Positions 40,220-49,536 of a stretch of 64,000 nt of DNA are shown here, one piece after another. The notes under the pieces are model-generated. The model saw only the letters and a list, made by a program, of their open reading frames with translations, was not told the DNA's origin and made no database searches. Numbering within the stretch: the stretch's first letter is position 1; every line of letters starts with the position of its first letter. The position numbers were made by a program, and so were the translations under genes. This DNA comes from a virus (taxonomy: Duplodnaviria; Caudoviricetes). The stretch lies in IMG/VR virus record IMGVR_UViG_2595698754_000001, positions 3,171 to 67,170 of that record. The stretch is one strand, 5' to 3'.

Positions 40220-40421
40220 GACAGAATTCCATGTTTTGGTAAGATTCAAAACACCAAACATGAGCACATTCCGAGAAGATGTAGTTATTATTCCTGTGAC
40301 ACAGTCTGGAAATGATTCTCATGTGGCTTCTAATATGGCAATTAATACCGTAAGAGGTAGATTATTATCACTACGTGAGAACGTTTATGACTGGGAATTT
40401 GATACAAAAATTATTAATTAA
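40185..40421 (+). CDS. hypothetical protein
   Basis: Operon context; true start probably slightly downstream. Confidence 0.55.
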   Translation: MFKRWKLRKLVRTEFHVLVRFKTPNMSTFREDVVIIPVTQSGNDSHVASNMAINTVRGRLLSLRENVYDWEFDTKIIN

Positions 40422-40477
40422 TCATTTGACAGCACGCCTTTCTCGTGGTATAATAAATATATTACGAGGGGGGTTTT

Positions 40478-41266
40478 ATGATGAATAAGAAGATAGATAG
40501 GATGTTATATGATTACGCTATACAAACTATATTGGAGGGCTATACTGGTGCCTGTCTTCCTTTCAAGCGTTTGGGTAAAGACCTTAAAAGATATATTAAT
40601 CACATTGTTAAAATAGAATTTTGGACATTAATAGCATTAGCAGGGTTTTTCATTTTTACAACATTATGGACACTGGTAACAACAGACAATGACGGAAAAT
40701 ACACCACCTATGAAGGATTAAAAATCTGTGTTATTTTGTTTTCAATGGCTGTGAGTTATTTATTAATATGGTTATTGCTAGTTAAAGAAAGATATTTAGA
40801 TGGAATGGTTTTTGGAGATACCTTTAAGACTAAGATTATTTGGAGAAAAGCAAAACGAGAAGTAACGAAAATAACTAAAATGATAGAAGAAGAGAAAGAA
40901 ATTAGATACGGAGTAGACGAAGAATTAAGAAAGGCTCCTTATAAATATGATAGTTTTGCAAAGGTAATATATTGCAACAAAGATAAATATGGTCATTTAT
41001 TGCCAGATTATGTAGAGTTTCTAAAAAGAGTGAGTGAGCAGGCAGTAATTGTTAAAGTTTGCTACGATTTAGATTACCCAGAAAAACTAGCAAAGGATTG
41101 TGAAGAAGCTTTAGAGGAAATAGATTTACTAGAGGATAGAATGAAGAAAAAATTCTTTGAAGCAGAAGAACAACTAGCAAAAACAAAACAAGAATTAGCA
41201 GAAAACCAAATTAAGTGGGTTAAAAAATTAATCATAGATGGGAGAAAGAACCGTGAAAGAAATTAA
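40478..41266 (+). CDS. membrane protein (2 TM plus coiled coil)
   Basis: Two hydrophobic helices; own promoter TTGACA-17-TATAAT at about 40426-40454. Confidence 0.7.
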   Translation: MMNKKIDRMLYDYAIQTILEGYTGACLPFKRLGKDLKRYINHIVKIEFWTLIALAGFFIFTTLWTLVTTDNDGKYTTYEGLKICVILFSMAVSYLLIWLLLVKERYLDGMVFGDTFKTKIIWRKAKREVTKITKMIEEEKEIRYGVDEELRKAPYKYDSFAKVIYCNKDKYGHLLPDYVEFLKRVSEQAVIVKVCYDLDYPEKLAKDCEEALEEIDLLEDRMKKKFFEAEEQLAKTKQELAENQIKWVKKLIIDGRKNRERN

Positions 41267-41480
41267 TGAGGAAACACAAAACCAGATTGACTTTATCGAG
41301 GGGTTAGTAAAGGATATTAAAGTATTGGAAGCTTCTTACAAACGTTTATCTAAGAAAAAAGAAAAGGCAGAGGTACTAGAAGCTATTCAGTGGGCTATTG
41401 ACATGAAGAAATCAGTAATTGCAACTATTAACAACAATGTAAACAACGCTGAAACCACTAGAAATGTAACAGCAGATTAA
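41238..41480 (+). CDS. hypothetical protein
   Basis: Coupled ORF followed by a terminator hairpin. Confidence 0.6.
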   Translation: MGERTVKEINEETQNQIDFIEGLVKDIKVLEASYKRLSKKKEKAEVLEAIQWAIDMKKSVIATINNNVNNAETTRNVTAD

Positions 41481-41560
41481 GGGGAGCTTATGCTCTCTTT
41501 TTTGTTGACAGATTAAAAATAGTATGATATAATTTTATTATAAAGTTAAGGAGGTAAGAT

Positions 41561-42040
41561 ATGAGCAGTGATTCAGATATTTTGAAAAAGATTTTAAATA
41601 ATATTGCCACAATAAAAGCAAACATTCCCCGCATTCGTTATAAGTCAGAACAGAAAACAGCTAGACTATTTATAGAAGCTGTGTTGGATGGGGTAGAAAT
41701 TCCCACAAAGATTACGAGTAAAGAAGCGGTAGTGAAGTTTAATATGGATGAAGAGATTGCTTATATGTTGACAAATGAAGAATCTGAGTTAATACATGAG
41801 TACGTGTCTTGTCGTGTTAAGCAAAGAGAAGACAGGGAAAAGAAAGGTAAGGCACGCAGAGGACTTTATAAGTATACAAATATGCTGGAGGAAGATATTA
41901 CAAACAAACTGGAAGATAAAGAATTAGTTATGAATATCATCGAGTATGATTATGCTGTGCCATCAGACGTATATACTATGCTAGAGAAGAACCGTGTTGG
42001 TATTGTTTTTGGAAAGGGATTGTTAGATAATGAAAAATAG
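41561..42040 (+). CDS. hypothetical protein
   Basis: Consensus promoter and AAGGAGGT RBS. Confidence 0.7.
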   Translation: MSSDSDILKKILNNIATIKANIPRIRYKSEQKTARLFIEAVLDGVEIPTKITSKEAVVKFNMDEEIAYMLTNEESELIHEYVSCRVKQREDREKKGKARRGLYKYTNMLEEDITNKLEDKELVMNIIEYDYAVPSDVYTMLEKNRVGIVFGKGLLDNEK

Positions 42041-42464
42041 GGAGAGAGCTAAAGAATTAAGAATTGCCCTTCATGACATTTTAGACCAACATCCAGAGAT
42101 TAATGATTATAATGACGTGTGGCAGGAAGAGCTCGACTGGTGTAAAGATGTTATGGAGCTAGGTAAAGAGCTTGCAGAGCTGGAAGAAATAGGTAAAGGT
42201 TATGATAGAAAATTATCATGTACTTCTCTTACTAATTACACTCTTTCAAATTATTATAGAGATTTAAAAGCAAAGAAAACACATGATGCAGTTGCAGATT
42301 TGTGGGGAGTTCCTAAAACTTCTCTAAGAACATGGGTATTAGAGAAAGGAGGAACATACAAACCAACTAGAGGTAAATACTTAGGAATGACTATTACAAA
42401 AGAGAATAACCCATATGAGCCTGCTAGTAAATACACAAAGAAACCGAGGGGATTAGATGACTAA
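42030..42464 (+). CDS. hypothetical protein with HTH-like segment
   Basis: THDAVADLWGVPKTSLRTW. Confidence 0.6.
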   Translation: MKNRERAKELRIALHDILDQHPEINDYNDVWQEELDWCKDVMELGKELAELEEIGKGYDRKLSCTSLTNYTLSNYYRDLKAKKTHDAVADLWGVPKTSLRTWVLEKGGTYKPTRGKYLGMTITKENNPYEPASKYTKKPRGLDD

Positions 42465-42918
42465 GTTTGCAGATTTGGATGGAAGTAAGCACTATTTTGT
42501 ATTACTTAGATACGATGAAGAAAGAGAAATCCTTACTTTAAACAAACAGGGAGCACGGTTAATCTGGAGATTTAAAGATTTCCATAAACTCCGTGACTAT
42601 GGAAAAGAATTTAATAACGAAATAGGTATAGCTTTTTCTCCAAAAGAATTAGAAAAATACCACTTAGATAATGACGGTATTTATTGGTATTCCGTTTTCG
42701 TGGAAAATGAAAATGAAATGGATACATTGAGTAGGATTAATATAGAATTCAAAGAAGTATTTATGGAAGAACAGGAACAGGTTATTAATATGAATATCAG
42801 AAACTACTTCAAAGGAAAGGCTTCCTTAGATGATTTACAAAATAATGATAAAGAATTAACAGATTTAACCATTAAAATATTAATGGAATTATTAGAAAAA
42901 GAAATGGGGAAAAATTAA
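42457..42918 (+). CDS. hypothetical protein
   Basis: RBS; coupled ORF. Confidence 0.65.
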   Translation: MTKFADLDGSKHYFVLLRYDEEREILTLNKQGARLIWRFKDFHKLRDYGKEFNNEIGIAFSPKELEKYHLDNDGIYWYSVFVENENEMDTLSRINIEFKEVFMEEQEQVINMNIRNYFKGKASLDDLQNNDKELTDLTIKILMELLEKEMGKN

Positions 42919-43184
42919 TGGCAAAAGGTTATATTGTATTTTATAAAAAATTAGAAAACTGTGGTGTATGTAAGTTAGTACAACCACAACTAGATGCTAC
43001 AGGATTCCATTATAATATTGCTACTGTGGAGGAAGACGAAGCTGTTTTGATTTCAGAAGGAATTAAATCAGTGCCAACTATTGTGCTTTATAATGAAGAG
43101 TCAGAAGAAGTGGCACGTGTTTCAGGTGTAGTTACTGAGGAAGTTATTCGTGCAATGGCAGAAGGGTATGATTTATATGAGTAA
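42918..43184 (+). CDS. thioredoxin/glutaredoxin-like protein
   Basis: CGVC active site; GIKSVPT cis-Pro motif. Confidence 0.85.
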   Translation: MAKGYIVFYKKLENCGVCKLVQPQLDATGFHYNIATVEEDEAVLISEGIKSVPTIVLYNEESEEVARVSGVVTEEVIRAMAEGYDLYE

Positions 43185-43506
43185 TAGTTCAGGAGTATAT
43201 GCGTATCTATTATGTGAATATAATGATGCTAAGCCAACTACTTCTAAAGATTTTGACGGAATTAAACAAGGAAGTCTACTACGCTTATTTATAAATTTTA
43301 TTCCTACTAATGGGGCAGAGGGAAAAGCAGTATATACTTCATTAGAAGTAGACGGTGGAGAAGAAAAAGAGGTTAGACTTAGTAAACTTAATAGATTCTT
43401 AACTACAAAAGATACTTCATATGTGCAGATTTCTGAGGAGCGGTTTAATCAATTGAATGCGGAGAATGAACTTGGTTTTTATCCAGTAAAACAAAATAAA
43501 CTATAA
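43177..43506 (+). CDS. hypothetical protein
   Basis: Coupled ORF. Confidence 0.6.
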   Translation: MSNSSGVYAYLLCEYNDAKPTTSKDFDGIKQGSLLRLFINFIPTNGAEGKAVYTSLEVDGGEEKEVRLSKLNRFLTTKDTSYVQISEERFNQLNAENELGFYPVKQNKL

Positions 43507-43557
43507 AAGCACTTAGCCATTGAATATTTCAGTGGCTTGTGTTATACTTAAATAGAG

Positions 43558-43818
43558 ATGGGGGGGTTGATTAGTATTAATACTTTGGAAGATATTTTAG
43601 ATTGGGTTAACAATAAAGAGGAGGTATTCAGCAATATGTCAGCAGAACATCCCTATGCAAATGGAAGCCGAGTGGAGGAAACCAATAATTATGAAAAAGT
43701 AACAATTATCGACTGGACACTTATGGAAGGCATACTAATTTATAAAGTTAAATTTGATAACAATAGTTTTGGAACTGTTTGGATGAGCCCGTGGGATATT
43801 AAACTAATAGGAGAGTGA
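43558..43818 (+). CDS. hypothetical protein
   Basis: Promoter upstream; start uncertain. Confidence 0.55.
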   Translation: MGGLISINTLEDILDWVNNKEEVFSNMSAEHPYANGSRVEETNNYEKVTIIDWTLMEGILIYKVKFDNNSFGTVWMSPWDIKLIGE

Positions 43819-43824
43819 ATAAGT

Positions 43825-44016
43825 ATGAGATTAAGTGCAGTATGCGGAATTGCTTTCCTAGTATTATTAATACTTCAATTAACTGGTATTATTAATATTG
43901 TCTGGTGGACAGTGTTTATTCCAATAATTATCTGGGTTGCTATCATTGTATTTGTTATGTTAGTAATATTATTTCTTATTATTTTAGCTATTATAGTTAG
44001 TTTAATAGGTAAATAA
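43825..44016 (+). CDS. small very hydrophobic membrane protein
   Basis: LVLLILQLTGIINIVWWTVFIP pattern common in phage membrane peptides. Confidence 0.7.
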   Translation: MRLSAVCGIAFLVLLILQLTGIINIVWWTVFIPIIIWVAIIVFVMLVILFLIILAIIVSLIGK

Positions 44017-44025
44017 AGAGGTGAG

Positions 44026-44547
44026 GTGAAAGCAATTATGGAAAAATTTTCCAGAGCAAGAAAAATATTGATTAAAGAAAAGAATAAACACACTAAGCAG
44101 TTGAGGAAAGAAAGATGTAAAGAAGGAAAGAAAATTGCAGAAAAATTAGTATTGGAGTTACTTACACACGGAGAAGAAAGCTTTTCAGCAATTGACAGAA
44201 GAGGTAGAGAGTTATTATCTAAACAAAATGTAAGATATATGTTATTACCTACATCCAGAGCTGATATATTTGAAATGTTTAATCCATTCACAGGAAATTT
44301 TCACAAACATTCCCAAAATTATCCTAATACAGCCGTAGTAAAGATGCGAAGAGGAATATTCAAGGTAAAGGCTTGGATTAACCATAATACACATCATAAA
44401 GTTGCCTTAAAAATAACATTTAAATCTCCCATAGATGGGGAAGTGGTGACGGTTGGAATAAGTGTGAGAGAAGATGAAAGTGCCTGTACCTTTATACATT
44501 ATGGGAAGAATGAATATTGTGGAGTAACTTTTTCAAATGATTTCTAG
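44026..44547 (+). CDS. hypothetical protein (paralog of 44562-45107)
   Basis: Shares EKFS, GIF..I.H, F.SPID..VTV and YGK.E motifs with the next gene. Confidence 0.7.
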   Translation: MKAIMEKFSRARKILIKEKNKHTKQLRKERCKEGKKIAEKLVLELLTHGEESFSAIDRRGRELLSKQNVRYMLLPTSRADIFEMFNPFTGNFHKHSQNYPNTAVVKMRRGIFKVKAWINHNTHHKVALKITFKSPIDGEVVTVGISVREDESACTFIHYGKNEYCGVTFSNDF

Positions 44548-44561
44548 GAGGATAACGTATC

Positions 44562-45107
44562 ATGAATAAGTTTGAAAAGTTCAGTGATATAAAAGAAAGG
44601 GAATTAAAAGAATATTCCAAGGAGACTAGAAAAGGTAGAAAAAGAGTAAAGAAAGAAGTAATTAGTACCGCAGAAAACACAATCAAAGATTTTTTAATTA
44701 AAGAAGAAAAACGATTACTAGAAGCGGATGTAATTGGAAGAAGATTTTCGGAAGAATTTTCAAGAGAAAGGTTTGTATCTTTGGCAATTTCTGAAAAACT
44801 TCGTGAAGAAGTTCTTAACAAGCTTAATAATCTGTGGGTAGACTTACATCCCGCAACAAAATATAAAGATAATTTCAAAACTACCTTAGGAATATTTGAA
44901 GCTAGAGTTTTTATAGACCATAAAAAATATCCTTTTGTTACTTTAAAAGTTAATTTTTATTCGCCAATAGACGAAGACCTAGTAACTGTTAATTTGGATA
45001 TGAATTGGTACAGAGATGTCAGTGCATCTATTTGCTACGGAAAAGAAGAAAATTTAGAAGTTTCATTTCATCAAAAAGAATATACGCTGTATAGTGATTC
45101 CTTATGA
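44562..45107 (+). CDS. hypothetical protein (paralog of 44026-44547)
   Basis: AGGAGG RBS; shared motifs with the previous gene. Confidence 0.7.
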   Translation: MNKFEKFSDIKERELKEYSKETRKGRKRVKKEVISTAENTIKDFLIKEEKRLLEADVIGRRFSEEFSRERFVSLAISEKLREEVLNKLNNLWVDLHPATKYKDNFKTTLGIFEARVFIDHKKYPFVTLKVNFYSPIDEDLVTVNLDMNWYRDVSASICYGKEENLEVSFHQKEYTLYSDSL

Positions 45108-45409
45108 GTAAGTTTAAAAAGTTTGAACGTGTACAGCATCGTTATAACAATTCTAAGGGAACCATAATGGGTGTTACACAGGGAATGACCGGAATGGTTG
45201 CTTACGAAGTTGATTGGGATGACACAGTAGATGGAGCTATAAGCCATGCAGTTTCTGAGGATATTTTAGAAAGAAGTTCTACGGATACTGTTATGGAAAA
45301 TATTTATAATCAGTCAATGAATACTGAGGAATTTTTTAATGCCTTAGCAGATACTTTTAAAAGAATTTCTGAATTAGAAGAAGATAAAAAGAAAAGCCAG
45401 CGGGATTAA
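45104..45409 (+). CDS. hypothetical protein with SH3/Tudor-like N-terminus
   Basis: KFKKFERV..KGTI..YEVDWD pattern. Confidence 0.6.
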   Translation: MSKFKKFERVQHRYNNSKGTIMGVTQGMTGMVAYEVDWDDTVDGAISHAVSEDILERSSTDTVMENIYNQSMNTEEFFNALADTFKRISELEEDKKKSQRD

Positions 45410-45924
45410 TCCTCTGGCTCTTCGTCTGCTACATACTGCATTGATTTGTATTTAATAATACTTTGGACACCATTGTAGATATTTTTATCAGTTCCACCAC
45501 CAAACTCTTTAGCTACATCTTCTATGGACATACCCTCTTCCCAATATTCTTTACGCATGTAACGTGCCTCTTCATGGGTGAATAACATAGGACGTTGTCC
45601 TTCTCTACCTGCTTTTGCTAAGTTTTCTTGGTAGTTAGTCCATCTTAAATTATCTAAAGAATTATTTTCCGGATTTCCGTCTATATGGTCTACGCAATTC
45701 TTAGTATTTTTTAATTCTTCTGGAATTGGAATGAAAGCCATTGCTAGTATACGGTGCAGTTGTATTGCTACGTGCTTACCTTCAACCATAAAACCAAATT
45801 GCTGGTACTTTTGTGGGTGTTTAGTGCCTTTTAATTCTTTTAGTTTGCTATACTTATTACTTAAAACTTTACCTTCTCTATTTATAAAATAATTTGGAAG
45901 AAATTCCACAAAACCTTCTAACAT
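45406..45924 (-). CDS. HNH homing endonuclease
   Basis: LHRILAMAF..VDHIDGNPENNSLDNLRW; C-terminal HTH. Confidence 0.85.
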   Translation of the reverse strand: MLEGFVEFLPNYFINREGKVLSNKYSKLKELKGTKHPQKYQQFGFMVEGKHVAIQLHRILAMAFIPIPEELKNTKNCVDHIDGNPENNSLDNLRWTNYQENLAKAGREGQRPMLFTHEEARYMRKEYWEEGMSIEDVAKEFGGGTDKNIYNGVQSIIKYKSMQYVADEEPED

Positions 45925-46656
45925 TTTATCACCACCTTTATCATTTTATTATAGCACATTTTAATTATTTTTGATAGCTATTTTTAAAAGTTTTTCCTAC
46001 AAAGTTAAATTCAAAACATAAGTGGGGGTCATTTTTGAAATAATTTTAAAACTTTTTTTTGAAAAAATTAATTTTTTTCTGGGGATTATTTAAATTTTTT
46101 TTCTGGGAAAACTCAAAACCATTGGTACCACTTGTTTCAGAACGTTTTCCGCAATATTTGACAGTTGCAACAATCTGTGTTAAAATTAATTTACAAGTTA
46201 AGGGAATGTTGTCGCAAACATTAGCCAAAACTTGAATACAAATTTCTGCTAAAAATGATGAACACTTTCCCAGCGTTCTGTAAATTAACAGTAAATTGTA
46301 TTGGAAAAACAGTTATAAAATCAGTTTAACTATATCTGATTAGAAAATCCGCCTTTAAAAATTTGAGATACGTTTTCTACTTCGACTACTTAATTGTTTT
46401 CAAGTTCAAATCCGTTCTGTCAACTCAAATTATTTTAGGTGGATTTTTACTTTGAACACATAAATTTGGAGGGGAAATTTTTGGGTGAAATTTACGAGTA
46501 CCTCCGGGGAATTTTCGCCCCTCAGCACGCCCCCGCACCCGGGAAATCACCAGCAAAAAGCTACCGCAGACACCTAAAAAGACGTCGATTTCAGGTACAT
46601 CAATAAAGGTCAAAGTCAGCTTTGGTCAAACTCTTGTCATCCTATTTCCCTCTTTC

Positions 46657-46712
46657 TGTAACAAACTTGTAACACAAAAAAGCTAGACAAACAGAAAAAA
46701 GCGTGCTAAGAT
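46657..46712 (+). promoter_or_regulatory. early promoter with TGTAAC-N5-TGTAAC box
   Basis: Box 46657-46673, 10 bp gap, TAGACA-17-TAAGAT. Confidence 0.8.
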
Positions 46713-46742
46713 TAGCTTATCAATTAAAAGGAGCTGGTTAAA

Positions 46743-46976
46743 ATGACAGCAACAAGCAATTACATTCTATTAAACAGAGCTTCGAACGCTCTATATAATG
46801 TAGTAGACAAAAGCACCTGCGACACACAAACGAAAACGGAATTAAAACAGGCGTTACACGTAATACACCGAGCTATGATGGAGGAAAATGGAGATATACA
46901 AAAACCACTTTCTACTATAGAAAATAAAACGCTCGGAATTAAAGTAATCGAAAACGGAAAGGAAACGATAATATGA
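46743..46976 (+). CDS. early hypothetical protein
   Basis: AAAGGAG RBS behind a boxed promoter. Confidence 0.7.
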   Translation: MTATSNYILLNRASNALYNVVDKSTCDTQTKTELKQALHVIHRAMMEENGDIQKPLSTIENKTLGIKVIENGKETII

Positions 46977-47062
46977 AACAACTTCTATTAAAAGCAATTC
47001 CAAGCTTGACACTTATCGCATTATCTGTTACGATGTTGTTAGTAATCTTATATCAAATGTAG
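46973..47062 (+). CDS. 29-aa hydrophobic peptide (not in ORF track)
   Basis: MKQLLLKAIPSLTLIALSVTMLLVILYQM; AAAGGA RBS; ATGA overlap with the upstream stop. Confidence 0.55.
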   Translation: MKQLLLKAIPSLTLIALSVTMLLVILYQM

Positions 47063-47069
47063 AAAGGAA

Positions 47070-47411
47070 TTGATTCAAATGAAATTAAGACAAGCGACAA
47101 GACAAGAAATTAGAGAAGGAAGGGCATTTGTTGCACCCGATGCACTTTTTGCAGTAACTGAAATTGGTTCATGTGGTGAAGATATTTCAGAAATGGAGTT
47201 AACAGCTTTAGCAGATTTAATAGAACTTACGATTGCGGAATTCAAAAAGGACAAAGCAACTTACGAGGGAATAGGATTATCAACAGAAGAATTTCTAGCT
47301 ATGCTTGGTTATGGAAGTGAAAAAAATAGGTCAGCAAGTGTATTTAAAGTAAGAGAATATTTCGAAAGTCAAAATAGACTAGCTAAGGTTTACAGCAAGC
47401 GAACCAAATAA
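47070..47411 (+). CDS. early hypothetical protein
   Basis: AAAGGA RBS. Confidence 0.65.
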   Translation: MIQMKLRQATRQEIREGRAFVAPDALFAVTEIGSCGEDISEMELTALADLIELTIAEFKKDKATYEGIGLSTEEFLAMLGYGSEKNRSASVFKVREYFESQNRLAKVYSKRTK

Positions 47412-47414
47412 GTT

Positions 47415-47470
47415 TGTAACACAATTGTAACATTAAAATAGTAGACAAACTGAAACGGACGTGTTATAGT
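47415..47470 (+). promoter_or_regulatory. early promoter with TGTAAC-N5-TGTAAC box
   Basis: Box 47415-47431, 10 bp gap, TAGACA-17-TATAGT. Confidence 0.8.
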
Positions 47471-47500
47471 AAAAGAGTAGTAAAGAACAACACAAATTAA

Positions 47501-47794
47501 ATGAGGAGCGTGTTAGAAATGGCAAACAAATTACAAGAAAAGCACTTAAAGAATGGTTTCATTAATCCAGATATGGTAAATCAAAATGAGTCATATTACT
47601 TACAGTCAAGACCTAGTATCTATGGAGGTAGCTTAGTTTATCAATTCATCACAATGGAAGATGGAACAATTTACGAACTTGAAAGCAACACAGCAAGCAC
47701 TGGAGGAATTATAGCAAGATTTCGTTTTGCGGATAACGTGCTTCAACGAGAGATAAAACGCTACACAAAAAAATCTGGGGTAATCCACTATTAA
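47501..47794 (+). CDS. early hypothetical protein
   Basis: True start is probably ATG 47519 after GAGGAG. Confidence 0.65.
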   Translation: MRSVLEMANKLQEKHLKNGFINPDMVNQNESYYLQSRPSIYGGSLVYQFITMEDGTIYELESNTASTGGIIARFRFADNVLQREIKRYTKKSGVIHY

Positions 47795-47809
47795 AGGAGG
47801 AAGAAGAAA

Positions 47810-48103
47810 ATGAGTAAAACTATCGAAGTAGAAAAATTAGCGGTGAAAGATTTTGTATCGGCACAAGTTTGGAGATTGTCAAAGAAAGAGCTAGTAAAAT
47901 ATGTTAGCATGTTAGTTTCAGACCGTCAAGCGTGGTGCGTGCAAAATGTAGGGGCAAAACGTGGTGGACTAATTGAAGCATTCGCAAAATGTACTTATCA
48001 AGATTTCACAACGTACTACAATACTATCACACGGGACAAATTGCGGGAAATCGCTTTTGCTGAATTAGACCTACTTGGAAAAAGAGGAGGTGCCACAATT
48101 TAA
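47810..48103 (+). CDS. early hypothetical protein
   Basis: AAAGGAGG RBS. Confidence 0.7.
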   Translation: MSKTIEVEKLAVKDFVSAQVWRLSKKELVKYVSMLVSDRQAWCVQNVGAKRGGLIEAFAKCTYQDFTTYYNTITRDKLREIAFAELDLLGKRGGATI

Positions 48104-48303
48104 TGCAGAACGTTATTCAATCTCTTTCAATTGGTAAAAATAAGTTCGTGGTAGTTGATTGTCTGGAACTAAGAAGAGCGGTCAAGAACCTATTTAGCTT
48201 GGACGTCACAAGTTTCATGCAAACTTACACGGACAAACAAGCGGAAGCAGTAGCATTCTATCTTAACAAACCAATTCAAAAAGTAACCAAAATCAAATTA
48301 TAG
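48103..48303 (+). CDS. early hypothetical protein
   Basis: AGGAGGTG RBS; TAATG coupling. Confidence 0.65.
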   Translation: MQNVIQSLSIGKNKFVVVDCLELRRAVKNLFSLDVTSFMQTYTDKQAEAVAFYLNKPIQKVTKIKL

Positions 48304-48305
48304 GA

Positions 48306-48662
48306 GTGGTCAAATTGTTTAAAACGGAAGAAACTACTATTAAAGCATTAGAACCAATTTTCGAAGACGTAAAAAGTTATCACAATAAGGCGGAAGTGGC
48401 AGAAAAGAATATTTACAGAGACGGAACCGCTTACAGCACAAAAGTTCTTTACAGCTATAGAACGCCTGTAGCCTCTTTAGTTGATGGAGAATTTTATATT
48501 ACGGCTAATGAAAAGCACCTTACGCCTACATCAATTCGCCACATCAAAGAATTTATGCGACAAAATGGACTTGTAAGTAAATTCCAAAAATTGACAAAAC
48601 AGTTTATACTTGACACACAAACAAGAGCAGATATTTCAGCACTTACTGTAACACATTTGTAA
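48306..48662 (+). CDS. early hypothetical protein
   Basis: LYSYRTPVA..TSIRHI motif typical of small phage proteins. Confidence 0.65.
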   Translation: MVKLFKTEETTIKALEPIFEDVKSYHNKAEVAEKNIYRDGTAYSTKVLYSYRTPVASLVDGEFYITANEKHLTPTSIRHIKEFMRQNGLVSKFQKLTKQFILDTQTRADISALTVTHL

Positions 48663-48702
48663 TATTGTAGGTATTGAATTGTAACAAAGAGCGTGATATA
48701 CT
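48647..48702 (+). promoter_or_regulatory. early promoter of the acrIIA4-like gene, with TGTAAC-N5-TGTAAT box
   Basis: Box 48647-48663, 10 bp gap, TTGAAT-17-TATACT; extra TGTAAC at 48680. Confidence 0.8.
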
Positions 48703-48733
48703 TGGTATATAAATTAAGAGGAGGACGTTAAAA

Positions 48734-49180
48734 ATGAATGAACTTAGAAGCTTAGAAATGAGTATTAATGCAAAGGATTATGCTACACGTTTAGAAAGTG
48801 GAGAAGGTAGTCTGTATATAAGATTTGGTGATAGCGAAGACTATCCAGTTCACGCATCTACTAATAGCACAATCAAAGAAACATTTATCGAACTGTTTAA
48901 AAATGGGTGGAATGGATATGAAGAAGATGAGCAAGAACTTGCGGAAGATATGCAAGAAATTGCACAAGAACTTATCTTGGAAGAGTTAACGGATATTTTC
49001 GAAGAATACGAATTTAGTACTGATGAAATTGACACGGATTTGTTCTCAGGTTTCACTTTTCACGTAGACATGGATAATGATGAAGCAGTATATTTAATGG
49101 ATGCAATTAATGCAACTAAATATTTTGAAGCACGTCCTTCAAGCTGGTATGCTCTTTTAGAGGTAAGCTACTGTGGTTAA
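48734..49180 (+). CDS. acrIIA4: anti-CRISPR AcrIIA4 homolog with acidic C-terminal extension
   Basis: N-terminal ~85 aa align by eye with Listeria AcrIIA4 as recalled (KDY..L, L.IR, FI..FKNGWN..EDE.E...DMQ.I). Confidence 0.8.
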   Translation: MNELRSLEMSINAKDYATRLESGEGSLYIRFGDSEDYPVHASTNSTIKETFIELFKNGWNGYEEDEQELAEDMQEIAQELILEELTDIFEEYEFSTDEIDTDLFSGFTFHVDMDNDEAVYLMDAINATKYFEARPSSWYALLEVSYCG

Positions 49181-49478
49181 GACTAAATTCATGTTGCGTG
49201 ATGTTGTTGACGGGGCTATATTTGAAATAGATGTGAAAGAAGTCCCGTCAACGTGGTCGGTGGTTTGTCAAAAGGATAACAGCATGACAGAATACAAAAG
49301 CTTTACAGCTAACAATATTCAAGAAGCAGTAAAACAGTATAACACAATTTTGGACGAAATGCAAGAAGAAGGGAAGCTTAAGTATCCATTTTGGGTAGAC
49401 TTAATAAGTACATACGAATTACACACAGAAAGTAATGAGCTTATCCAAAACCGTATAGAAGTTCTGGCAGGTTGTTGA
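49173..49478 (+). CDS. early hypothetical protein
   Basis: GAGGT RBS; coupled to the acr gene. Confidence 0.65.
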   Translation: MVKTKFMLRDVVDGAIFEIDVKEVPSTWSVVCQKDNSMTEYKSFTANNIQEAVKQYNTILDEMQEEGKLKYPFWVDLISTYELHTESNELIQNRIEVLAGC

Positions 49479-49536
49479 CAAGAGCAAAAAAGTGTGGTAA
49501 AGTTAAAATGAAACTAAATGGAGAGAAGGAATTTTA

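Noticed and set aside
46425-46613. ORFs in the non-coding gaps (46046-46228, 46425-46613, 52325-52579)
   Set aside because: Low-complexity translations of A/T tracts and repeats with no RBS.
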